A stretch of DNA of 38,291 nucleotides from a virus (taxonomy: Duplodnaviria > Caudoviricetes), in IMG/VR virus record IMGVR_UViG_3300016484_000559, positions 1 to 38,291 of that record; one strand, given 5' to 3'. The translations under genes were made by a program, and so were the position numbers. The notes beneath the pieces were generated by a model. That model saw only the letters and a program-made list of their open reading frames with translations, was not told the DNA's origin and searched no databases. Below, piece after piece: positions 1 through 8,234 of this stretch. Every line of letters begins with the position of its first letter. Within the stretch, counting starts at the first letter, position 1.

Positions 1-12
1 AGTAGAGCGCGT

Positions 13-82
13 TTGATTTTCGGATGATTTTCATTTGATTACTGGATGCGAATATATCACGAATTTCATTGATTATCGGATG
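13..82 (+). repeat. Left-end transposase-binding repeats, consensus TTGATTWYYGGATG
   Basis: Copies at 13-26, 35-48 and 69-82; the first two are 22 bp apart; inverted copy at 37965-37978. Confidence 0.8.
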
Positions 83-164
83 GGATTTTTCGCACATTTG
101 ACTTGCTTTGTGTTCGACTAAGAGCGTTAATGGTGTCGTCAATATTTAATTAAGAGGCAACATC

Positions 165-356
165 ATGATTAAACCAACCGAACAGCAGCTGGATCAGCTC
201 CAAACATTACCATCCGAACTACTCGTGCAAGCAGCACGTGGCGAGGTTGATCTTAACGCGCTGGCCAGATATGTTTTAGCTCAACGCGGTCAGGATAGCA
301 GCGGCAAGTGGGTAGGTTTCAGACAGGCTGCAGAGCATCATCAAATAGCGGTTTAA
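165..356 (+). CDS. Small phage hypothetical protein (moron-like)
   Basis: 63 aa ORF, GAGG RBS, own terminator; ARGEVDLNALAR...RG.D..GKWVGF resembles a recurring phage family. Confidence 0.75.
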   Translation: MIKPTEQQLDQLQTLPSELLVQAARGEVDLNALARYVLAQRGQDSSGKWVGFRQAAEHHQIAV

Positions 357-374
357 ATAACATTCGAATGCCAT

Positions 375-404
375 ATAAACCCGCGTTAAAGCGGGTTTTA
401 TTTT
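375..404 (+). terminator. Intrinsic, probably bidirectional terminator
   Basis: AAACCCGC-GTTAAA-GCGGGTTT followed by TATTTT. Confidence 0.8.
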
Positions 405-572
405 GTCCTGGTACATATCAACCCTGGTTCTAAAACGCATAATTAGAACTCCAATCGTTTTTAAGTCGCCTCTTGATTGCGCAATATAGAGATCAGGAGG
501 TGATTATGAAAAGAAGAAAGCAGGCCCCGGTTGAGCAGATGATCGCTTGGCCGGGGCCGTTACCGTTTACGA

Positions 573-1373
573 TCAGCCCAGCTTGTAATTGGCAATCAGC
601 AGCTCGGTGACGGGTTTGTTGATGCCGTTATTGATGCTGTAGCTGGTTTGCACTTCCTTAAATTCATAACCTTCGAATAGCGTGCGTATCTGCGGCACGT
701 TGTTGATGCTGACCAGCCATTTGCCTTGGCAATCTTTTAAAACGTCTCTCAGGCGCTCAAAATCGGTTTTGTTAAACAAGCCTTTGCCGTAGTCATTTTC
801 ACAATCCCAGTATGGCGGGTCGCAGTAAAAGAAGGTGTCTTTGCCGTCGTAGCGCTTTATGAGCTGCTCATAGGGCAGGTTTTCGATAGTGACGCGGCTT
901 AGGCGCAAGTGCGCTTCAGATAGGTCTTCTTCAAGTCGCAGCAGGTTAAGACGTGGTTTGCTGCTGTTGGCCACGCCGAAACATTGGTTGACGATCTTGG
1001 CACCGAAAGCGTTTTTTACCAGGTAGTAGAAGCGCGCTGCGCGTTGAATATCGGTGAGGGTTTCGGGTGGTACCGCGTGCAGTCGGGCGAACTCTTCGCG
1101 GCTGATTAGTGACCACTTGAAGTAGCGCACGAATTCCTCGAGGTGATTCTGAATCACTCTATATAAGGTCACAAGGTCGCCATTGATGTCGTTGATGACT
1201 TCGACCTTGCTCTCCGGCTTGCGGAATAATACCCATGCGGCACCGGCGAAGGTTTCGACGTAGCATTTGTGCGGCGGGATCAAGGGGATGATGGTCTGGG
1301 TGAGTTTGCTTTTACCACCCACCCAGGCCAACGGTGATTTACGGGTTGTTAAGGAACGGTTTTGTTGCGTCAT
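573..1373 (-). CDS. D12/Dam-class N6-adenine DNA methyltransferase (mom position)
   Basis: W.GGK motif, ETFAGAA SAM-binding, INDIN, catalytic DPPY. Confidence 0.93.
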   Translation of the reverse strand: MTQQNRSLTTRKSPLAWVGGKSKLTQTIIPLIPPHKCYVETFAGAAWVLFRKPESKVEVINDINGDLVTLYRVIQNHLEEFVRYFKWSLISREEFARLHAVPPETLTDIQRAARFYYLVKNAFGAKIVNQCFGVANSSKPRLNLLRLEEDLSEAHLRLSRVTIENLPYEQLIKRYDGKDTFFYCDPPYWDCENDYGKGLFNKTDFERLRDVLKDCQGKWLVSINNVPQIRTLFEGYEFKEVQTSYSINNGINKPVTELLIANYKLG

Positions 1374-1379
1374 GTGGGT

Positions 1380-1414
1380 CTCCTATATATAAGGTATAGG
1401 CGTTCATGACGCTC
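1380..1414 (-). promoter_or_regulatory. Putative Com-binding site plus SD-occluding hairpin
   Basis: Minus strand GAGCGTC-AT-GAACGCC overlaps a CCTATA/TATAGG stem that masks AGGAG upstream of ATG 1373. Confidence 0.7.
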
Positions 1415-1440
1415 TGAAATTACTGTGTTAATATTTTTTT

Positions 1441-1638
1441 ATGCTTAATAATCCGTTACTACCAATAGATTGCGTTGTCGTCGATGAGTGCGTGATCGTT
1501 ACTGACCCAGCGCATGCGATGTACGACAAAGTCGGGCATATTTATAGAAACGGCGCTCACGGCTCATTGCAAAAGGTATCGGTCTGCTTTGATGGCGAGG
1601 TCTATAACATCCCGATTAAACACCTTTCTCTAGCCTAG
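1441..1638 (+). CDS. Small beta-rich hypothetical protein, antisense to the late operon
   Basis: 65 aa ORF fills the gap; its stop overlaps the convergent stop (CTAG); extended -10 at 1426-1434. Confidence 0.5.
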   Translation: MLNNPLLPIDCVVVDECVIVTDPAHAMYDKVGHIYRNGAHGSLQKVSVCFDGEVYNIPIKHLSLA

Positions 1639-2015
1639 TCAGCAGCCATATTGAGACCTGCTAAATTCTCTTTCAGCAAATAACCTTCAAGCGGTCAGAT
1701 TTTATTAACTGCATTTTCGCGCGCTATCTTACAGCCGATCTCAAAGTCGAAGTTTTCAGGGCTTGCACATGCGCTCTCACCGGTTACGGTGAAGCCATTA
1801 CGCAGAACCAGGACGCAGAATGTGAGAAGACCAAGTTCGCGGGCATTCGCGCATGCTTGCGCTTCAGGCCCGCCCCTGTAGTGGCCGTCCACGCCGTCAA
1901 GTGCTGTGAAATAGTGCTCACTGACGATTCGCGCCTCAATGTCAGCAGGCGTGATGCGCGGTGCTGTTAAGCCTTTGGCTTGAATCTCTTGTTCAATTGC
2001 ATCATCTTGTTTCAT
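1635..2015 (-). pseudogene. Phage Gp49 (N4 gp49/Sf6 gp66) family protein with internal TGA
   Basis: LTFCVLVLRNGFTVTGESACASPENFD..IG..IARENA motif; TGA at 1695-1697 sits in NKI[W]PLEGYLLKE; frame continues to TAG at 1635. Confidence 0.8.
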
Positions 2016-2143
2016 TTGCTATCTCCATACTCGTTAATCACCCCACAGCGTGGGCACTTGATGCTTAATTTAATAGCCACACCTTCAGCTAATTTTTTGT
2101 TGCACTGGGTACATCTAAAATCGTTTTTTGTTCTGTAATTCAT
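2012..2143 (-). CDS. com: Com-family zinc-finger translational regulator (43 aa, not in ORF track)
   Basis: MNYRTKNDFRCTQCNKKLAEGVAIKLSIKCPRCGVINEYGDSK; CxxC...CPRC; ATGA overlap with next gene. Confidence 0.88.
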   Translation of the reverse strand: MNYRTKNDFRCTQCNKKLAEGVAIKLSIKCPRCGVINEYGDSK

Positions 2144-2159
2144 ACGGGTCACTTATAAT

Positions 2160-2263
2160 GACCCCGCCGCTAGTGGCGCAGGGTCTTTGGTTGATCCGTA
2201 GACTGGTTACGGTGAGACGGGTGGTTTTAATCCTGCCAGATTAAGGCCACTCGCCCTGTTTTT
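2160..2263 (+). ncRNA. Putative structured sRNA antisense to the com leader
   Basis: TATAAT at 2154-2159, three hairpins with G-U pairs favouring the + strand, terminal T run. Confidence 0.55.
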
Positions 2264-2807
2264 ATTCGTCAGGGTACGCTGGCATCATGGCAACAGCTTG
2301 CTCAGGGGTAGGCATGAGAGCATTATTGTTGATGACTTGCTGCTTATAGGCATCGGCCTCTACCCATACTCTCACTTCCCAGCTTGCGAAAGTTTGCGCC
2401 AGCGTTTGAAAGCTGTTTGCAAATCCTGCGTACAGTATCAGCGCGTTGCCGCTACTGAAGCCAAATTCACGTGCCTTCATATCAATAGCTACTTGTAGTG
2501 CAGCACGCACCTCTTCAAGAACTGCCAAAGCAGGCTTTTCTTTTGTTAAACCGGCAGTAGGTGTTGTTAGTAAATTATCAATAATGACGCGGTTACCTAC
2601 AGCATCAAAATATTCACCTCGTGGATCGCTCAGCAATTCCCACCCCCCATTTTTGAAACAAGCGACTTGGTTTACACCAACTTCTGGCGGTGGCTCAAAA
2701 GTAGCGTGAGCAGGCAATAAATATTGCCCATCATTGAGCGGGTCTTGGTCAGCCAACCCAGCTGAGAGAAATTCGCCTGTAATATTGTCATAATTAAAAA
2801 TCTTCAT
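2262..2807 (-). CDS. Tail fibre assembly protein
   Basis: YD..TGEFL....AD.DP...YLLPAHAT..PP...W....D.RG N-terminus; follows the fibre gene. Confidence 0.8.
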   Translation of the reverse strand: MKIFNYDNITGEFLSAGLADQDPLNDGQYLLPAHATFEPPPEVGVNQVACFKNGGWELLSDPRGEYFDAVGNRVIIDNLLTTPTAGLTKEKPALAVLEEVRAALQVAIDMKAREFGFSSGNALILYAGFANSFQTLAQTFASWEVRVWVEADAYKQQVINNNALMPTPEQAVAMMPAYPDE

Positions 2808-2819
2808 ATTTATTTAATC

Positions 2820-3485
2820 CTAATATTTGATACAAGGTAACAATGCAATATTGCGGGGACGGACACTGATGAAATTTTGCGGTCTTACATACCCAGCCTC
2901 GCCAGCACCTGAAATATTGCTGCCGGCACGGAAGGCATCTGCGTTGGTATATTGAAAAAATGCGGCCTGATAAATATTGGTAGCAAGCTCTGTAGCCGCT
3001 TGAGTGGAACCCAATACCCTGCCCACATCAACCCCGCGACCATCATCAAACCCGCGTATAAATTCACTTCTAAGATCAGGTAAGTTGAAGGTAGTAAAAC
3101 CATCTCCAGCCCCATAATACGTATTAATAAGGCTGAATAATTTCGCATAACTTGTGCGAGATATTGCTGCACCATTTGCTTTTAGCCATCCCGATGGCGC
3201 AAATGATGCTGGCCAATACATGATGGTTCCAGGCAAAATAACATCTGGGGTAATGGGGGTGCCGGTGTTATTGACGGCCTGCGCTATTAAATTAGTAATC
3301 GCTTGTTTGAGCTGGCTGTTGTCTCCTTTACTCAGGGCAACCCCGCCCGCATTAATGACAGCGGCAATTTCTTCCTGTACTGCGTTTAGCCACTCCGCCG
3401 TAATCAGCGTGCCTGGCATATTATTAAAAGGGTCTTCGGCAACAAACATGCCGTTGAGATTGCCTGATCCATCGATTCTATGCAT
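2820..3485 (-). CDS. Short tail fibre protein with tail-collar domain
   Basis: Mu S-like MHRID...WLNAVQEEI N-terminus; collar P.GWL.ANG..ISR..Y..LF...GDG.TTFNLPDLR; RPRNIAL..CIKY. Confidence 0.9.
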   Translation of the reverse strand: MHRIDGSGNLNGMFVAEDPFNNMPGTLITAEWLNAVQEEIAAVINAGGVALSKGDNSQLKQAITNLIAQAVNNTGTPITPDVILPGTIMYWPASFAPSGWLKANGAAISRTSYAKLFSLINTYYGAGDGFTTFNLPDLRSEFIRGFDDGRGVDVGRVLGSTQAATELATNIYQAAFFQYTNADAFRAGSNISGAGEAGYVRPQNFISVRPRNIALLPCIKY

Positions 3486-4053
3486 AAAAAATATTCCCCG
3501 CTCTATGTGTAATGTCTTCGAACCACAGCGCAACATGCGCCTGTTTAAACGCCTGCAGCGCAGCAGCAATAGTCGTTTGGTTTACCACTGTGTCGTAATA
3601 CCTTACGCGTAAGGCATAGCGTACGCGCTCGGCATATAGGCGCTGACCAGCCCGGCTTAAGTTTGCAAGGCTGGGATAAATCAAATCTACTTGCAGCAAA
3701 TCAATATTAAATGTGTTGGATGCGGCTACTGCGCTCCACAGCCTTTGCCCAGCCTTCGCCAAACTGGCACGGCTAGAAAAGCGCGGCATGGTTTCGGTCA
3801 GGCCGTTCAGCGATGCATTGGCTATGCTGCGATATTCGTCGATGTGCCAGATCATCGTCGCCGGTTTATGTACGGTGGCGGCGTAGTCAATCAGCGCCTG
3901 CATTTCAACATCGAGCCGTGCGAACTCTTGCGATTGTGCGAGGGTGAGCGAGTCGCCAAATCCCCCGGTAGGCCAGCGCCATGCGGCACCGGGCGGCCGT
4001 AGTTCCTCGTGTGCATCAGCAAACTGGCGGGCGGTGTAGCGGTTCAGCCTCAT
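3478..4053 (-). CDS. Baseplate protein, Mu gp48-like
   Basis: L.PPG.AW N-terminal motif, FKQAH; lies between baseplate J and fibre. Confidence 0.75.
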   Translation of the reverse strand: MRLNRYTARQFADAHEELRPPGAAWRWPTGGFGDSLTLAQSQEFARLDVEMQALIDYAATVHKPATMIWHIDEYRSIANASLNGLTETMPRFSSRASLAKAGQRLWSAVAASNTFNIDLLQVDLIYPSLANLSRAGQRLYAERVRYALRVRYYDTVVNQTTIAAALQAFKQAHVALWFEDITHRAGNIFYA

Positions 4054-5096
4054 GCCCAGATGACCTCATTCAGCACAAACACTGCGCCAGCATCTACCTG
4101 CACATCGTCCAGAGGCGCCAGGCGAGTATATTGCGTGGTGACGGTTGCAATCGCAGCATCTAGTTCGGCCATTGCAAGCACTGAATCCTCTTTTTTCTCT
4201 GCCAGGATGGCAGTTATAATCGCGGCCTCGATCGCGTTGCGATTATCCTGAGAGTCAATGCCAGAAAATAAATCCAGCCGGACAGTAACGGGGTGTAACA
4301 ATGGGGCAGCGACACGCCAATCTGCCGTAGCTGGTGCCAGCTCTGTGAGTTTTGCCTCTACGGCCGCGATGATTGATGCTGTGGGAGTACGATTATGCAA
4401 CGCATTACATATAGGCCGCACAAGCACCGTACCAAGCCCTAGCGCATGTGGCTGGACCAGCGCGGTAGTAACACTTGGATGTGCATTTTTGGCCCAGGCT
4501 TTATAGTCCTCCACCTTACCCCCACGGCCACCACGACTTACCATCACTTGCCATTCATCCACCACACGGGCGCGCCAGGCATCGACCAGCTCCTGTTCTG
4601 CGCCGCCGGTAATCCCGGCAACATCCACAAGCAGCTCGGAATCAACCCCGGCAATCGGGTCAATTAGTGTCAGCACCTGCCCGGCCGCCAGATTGCTATT
4701 GGCACCGGCAGTGGTGCAGCGCACGGTCACGGCGGTATTGCCAGCGCCTAAAGTCACGGCGCTCAGCACTTTGTAATCAAGGCCGTTGCTGCCGCGCAGC
4801 AAGGTATCGGCCAGCACCATGCTGCCGATATTGCCGGTGGCGAGCACAGCGCCGGTGGCGGCGGTGGCGTCAAGGCGGGTCACGAAGTAAAGCGCCGCCC
4901 AGGTGTAGAGCATTTCCAGCTCGCAGGTGAGCGGTGATATTTGTTTGCGTATCCAGTCCAGATAGCCATATACGCCGTGAAACTCACGCGCATTGGCGGC
5001 CGCGAGGGCTTCGCGGATGACTGCGGGCGCAGCAGCTAAATCCGCCTCGATGCGCGCCTTGATTTCCAGGTATTGTGGTCTGACGTAGTCGGTCAT
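4050..5096 (-). CDS. Baseplate J / Mu gp47-like wedge protein
   Basis: GG..QE....WR.R, GG...DY..WA motifs; 348 aa. Confidence 0.92.
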   Translation of the reverse strand: MTDYVRPQYLEIKARIEADLAAAPAVIREALAAANAREFHGVYGYLDWIRKQISPLTCELEMLYTWAALYFVTRLDATAATGAVLATGNIGSMVLADTLLRGSNGLDYKVLSAVTLGAGNTAVTVRCTTAGANSNLAAGQVLTLIDPIAGVDSELLVDVAGITGGAEQELVDAWRARVVDEWQVMVSRGGRGGKVEDYKAWAKNAHPSVTTALVQPHALGLGTVLVRPICNALHNRTPTASIIAAVEAKLTELAPATADWRVAAPLLHPVTVRLDLFSGIDSQDNRNAIEAAIITAILAEKKEDSVLAMAELDAAIATVTTQYTRLAPLDDVQVDAGAVFVLNEVIWA

Positions 5097-5129
5097 GGCT
5101 TGGTGCTACCCTCGCCATCACCATGCAGG

Positions 5130-5540
5130 CTAGAGCGAGGTTCTCATAATGAATTGACGACCATTATGCTGACCGGCAATCTCCAGCATAACGCTGGAAA
5201 CGTTTCCAGCCGGGGTGGTGTCGGTTACTGTGATGCCGGTGAGCGATGTGGTTTTGGCTTCCAGCGCTCGCTTGACCATATTGAGCGCCTCGCGCCGTGC
5301 CTTGTCGCTGAGCGCCTGCCAGCGCACGTACCATAGGCCGGTACCGCGCTGCGGGTCATGCCACCAGCCGCGCTGGTCGAACGGGTCGGCCACACGCCCG
5401 GCCGGGGAGATCTGGTCAGTAAACAGCGTGGCGTAAACCAGCGTTTCAAGCGCCGCCTGCGCGGCTTCTTCTGCCGTGGCGTTGGGGTCTTCCGGCGCCA
5501 TGTCAAAAACGCCGTTATCGATTTGTACTAGTTTCAGCAT
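5130..5540 (-). CDS. Mu gp46-like baseplate protein
   Basis: LFTD...RGWW.D...G..LW motif. Confidence 0.88.
   Translation of the reverse strand: MLKLVQIDNGVFDMAPEDPNATAEEAAQAALETLVYATLFTDQISPAGRVADPFDQRGWWHDPQRGTGLWYVRWQALSDKARREALNMVKRALEAKTTSLTGITVTDTTPAGNVSSVMLEIAGQHNGRQFIMRTSL
5163..5210 (-). promoter_or_regulatory. Putative Mor/C-dependent late promoter internal to gp46
   Basis: Perfect palindrome GCTGGAAACGTTTCCAGC at 5193-5210; CATAAT 28 nt from the core. Confidence 0.7.
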
Positions 5541-5543
5541 ATG

Positions 5544-6038
5544 TTATATCTCCGGCGGTGAGTGTGGGTGATGCGGCCTTGGCTGGTCGTCATCCTGCCA
5601 TGTTTCCACGCCCAGTCCATCCCAGCGCTGGCCTTGTCCATTCACGTCAAACTTGTATTCGGTGTTGGCATGCAGCTTGATTTTGTCGGCACGCACTTCA
5701 AAGTTGAATGGAGTTTCAATCAGAATGCCATCGCGCTTCAGGTGCACCTTTTGCCCCTGGTCGTCGTGCAGCGCCACTTCGCCTTCTGCCAGCACCAGGT
5801 TGTATTGCCGGTCGCCCACTACCAGTGCAAAGCCGCGTGTGCGGTCGCCGCTGGGGAAGGCGATATAAGCCTGACAGCCGGGCTTGGGGCGGTAGCTGAG
5901 TCCGTAAGGCTCAACGCGGTCGATATTGGATAGCGTTTCACCATCTAAAATCTGCACTTGTATTTTGTCGTGGGTGATACGCACGCCGCGCCCCTGTGCG
6001 AACAGCAGCTGCAGACGGTTCCAGATTTGCGTGATCAT
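5544..6038 (-). CDS. Baseplate spike, Mu gp45-like
   Basis: E.YG...P..G, GEVAL.DDQG motifs; C-terminal HHPH. Confidence 0.88.
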   Translation of the reverse strand: MITQIWNRLQLLFAQGRGVRITHDKIQVQILDGETLSNIDRVEPYGLSYRPKPGCQAYIAFPSGDRTRGFALVVGDRQYNLVLAEGEVALHDDQGQKVHLKRDGILIETPFNFEVRADKIKLHANTEYKFDVNGQGQRWDGLGVETWQDDDQPRPHHPHSPPEI

Positions 6039-7081
6039 TTCTTAGCCTTTCTGCGGTGTGCCGCGCTCTGGGTATTGGCCTGTTTCACTTCGCCGACAAA
6101 AGCATTGCGGTGCATTACGGTCAGGCGCGAGACCGTGCCCTGATCATCATCTTGCTCGTAGCTGCAGTCGCCGATCAGAAACACGCCGTCAATGCCTTCA
6201 GCAGGAATCACCACGCGCACCTGCGTGTTGATGCGCCACGGCTCAAACTTGCCGTCAGGCGTGGTGTAGCCCCAGCCAAATAGCTCTAATTCAATGCTGT
6301 GCGCGCGTGCCAGGCGGCGGTTGCGCTCCAGCTCGGCACGGCGCTGCAAAGCACCCAAGCCGTTGCCGTGGCGGTCTGCCACAATGTGCATGGGGCGGAA
6401 ATATGCCAGCCCGGCATCTACCACCGCACCCTTGCGGCTGGTGTTGGCATCGTAGTCAAAGCTTTTCACGTAGTATTCGCTGAAGCGCAGCTTGTATTCA
6501 TCGCTGATCTCGTAGCTCTTGACCTGCTCGCCGATCACCAGCGTTGCCACCGGCGCGGCATTATCAGGCTCGGTCATGGTAAGGCCGCCGCTGGCCGTGG
6601 GGTAAATCAGCAGGTTACCGGCGCGCGCCGCGTTCAATATCGCGTTGGCCGGGCTTTCGGCCTGCATGCTGAAATCCGGCACAATGGCCGTGGTTTGAGG
6701 CACGTTCACAGGCACTTTAAACGCCGTGCAAAGCTGCTTCACAATCTCGCCCAGCTTGATGCCTTTTAAGGTCATGCTGTACTGGCAATCTACCAGCTCG
6801 CGCCCCAGTGAGCGCGCCTGCAGGCTGATGCTGTGGCTATCCTTACCCACGCGGCGGCGCACGGCATCGGCACGCACGGTGGTGACTAGCACGTTGTTAA
6901 TGTACACCTCGGCCACGGTGTTGGCATCAAAGCCCAGGCTGTTGCCAGCGCCTTGGCTGGTAAGCTCCAGCCCGACACTGGCAGCCAGATCATCGACCGA
7001 CATGCGGATGTTGACCTTTTGCCAATAGCCGAATCGTTGACCGTTGAAGCGCACTTCAACGAGGTTTTCAGTATCAGCCAT
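6035..7081 (-). CDS. Baseplate hub, Mu gp44 (P)-like
   Basis: R....LVDC, RFSEY.V, G..W.IN..V motifs; start trimmed to MADTEN. Confidence 0.88.
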   Translation of the reverse strand: MADTENLVEVRFNGQRFGYWQKVNIRMSVDDLAASVGLELTSQGAGNSLGFDANTVAEVYINNVLVTTVRADAVRRRVGKDSHSISLQARSLGRELVDCQYSMTLKGIKLGEIVKQLCTAFKVPVNVPQTTAIVPDFSMQAESPANAILNAARAGNLLIYPTASGGLTMTEPDNAAPVATLVIGEQVKSYEISDEYKLRFSEYYVKSFDYDANTSRKGAVVDAGLAYFRPMHIVADRHGNGLGALQRRAELERNRRLARAHSIELELFGWGYTTPDGKFEPWRINTQVRVVIPAEGIDGVFLIGDCSYEQDDDQGTVSRLTVMHRNAFVGEVKQANTQSAAHRRKAKK

Positions 7082-8234
7082 ATATTTTACCCACCACAAA
7101 CAAGGGGTGGCGCACGCCGTTTTGTGCAATCAGCACCGCTTCATCAATGCCCATCTGGTGCGCCAGCACCACGCTGGGCAGCGGGTTGACGATATCGCGC
7201 GTGACCTGCGGGTTTAAATCCTGATCCAGCAGCGCTTCAATCAGCGCGCGGCGCATGGATACGGCGGCCTGAAACACGGCATCGCTCATGCCTGGCAGCA
7301 GGGCATCAATCGCGCTCAGCAAACCTGCCAGCACCGCATCACGTTCATTGGCGGTGGCATAGTCTGCCAGCGCCAGCTGTGCGGCAGACACCACCAGCAT
7401 CTGGCGGCGCAGCGCGTTCTCACGTGCGGTATTGATTTTAAAAGCCGCCGAGGCGGTGGCGGCAGTGTTGGTCACCGCTTCAATCGCGGGCGGGTTCATG
7501 GCGGTACCGGTCATGCGGGCCACGGCACGTGCGCGCGTGTCGCTGCCCAGGCTGCCATCACCAAGGCCCAGCACATTGGCAAAACTGCCCAGCGCGGCTG
7601 CGTACTGGTTAGGCACCTGCATCAGCACGTTGATGTCATTCTTGATGCCGCTGACCACGCCCAGCGCCTGCGCGGCCAGTGTGAGCGGCAGCGTGGTGAG
7701 CGAGATCACGTTACGCAGCTGCTCCAGGTGCTGCTGCACATCGGCAATAAATGCATTCAGGCCATCGTTGCTCATGGGCACCAGTGCAAAGTCTTCTACA
7801 ATCGCATCATGCAGCTTGGCGGTGCGGTCAAACGCCACGTCTACTTTATCTACCGTTGGCGCATAAGGCGCACGGCCCCCCGGCACAAAGTCGATGCTGA
7901 CGACGCAATAGCCGCCTTTGTCGTTGCTCTCGGAGCGCGTCCAATCCTGCGCGCGCACCCAAAGCTGGCCCAGCCACGGGTGGTTAAGCCAAACCGCGCC
8001 GGTTTCCGCCAGCTTGGCGGTAAAGCCGTTGGCCTCCTGGTCGTAATTTTCACCGATGAAATAGGCATTCAGGTGCCAGCTGTTAGCCTTGGCACCAAAG
8101 GCTTCAACCTCCACTTCGTTAGAATGCGGGAACTCATGCACCACCAGGTGCTTGCCGGACTTTGCATCGTGGCTCTCGGTCAGGAACTCAAAGCCGTCAA
8201 AGTCGGCACGGGTCAAACGGTCGCGCCAGCTCAT
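7074..8234 (-). CDS. DNA circularization protein, Mu gpN-like
   Basis: MSWRDRL..A.F.G..F, VVHEFP, L.HPWLG; C-terminal N...HPLFV. Confidence 0.9.
   Translation of the reverse strand: MSWRDRLTRADFDGFEFLTESHDAKSGKHLVVHEFPHSNEVEVEAFGAKANSWHLNAYFIGENYDQEANGFTAKLAETGAVWLNHPWLGQLWVRAQDWTRSESNDKGGYCVVSIDFVPGGRAPYAPTVDKVDVAFDRTAKLHDAIVEDFALVPMSNDGLNAFIADVQQHLEQLRNVISLTTLPLTLAAQALGVVSGIKNDINVLMQVPNQYAAALGSFANVLGLGDGSLGSDTRARAVARMTGTAMNPPAIEAVTNTAATASAAFKINTARENALRRQMLVVSAAQLALADYATANERDAVLAGLLSAIDALLPGMSDAVFQAAVSMRRALIEALLDQDLNPQVTRDIVNPLPSVVLAHQMGIDEAVLIAQNGVRHPLFVVGKIYG

Noticed and set aside
13-82. Repeats as a CRISPR array
   Set aside because: Only 14 bp, degenerate, uneven short spacers, no cas genes; position fits transposase sites.
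1695-1697. Genome-wide TGA=Trp recoding
   Set aside because: Many genes end in TGA with ATGA coupling, and Trp is TGG elsewhere.
2262-3485. Invertible G segment or DGR at the tail fibre
   Set aside because: No invertase, reverse transcriptase, alternative fibre or flanking inverted repeats seen.
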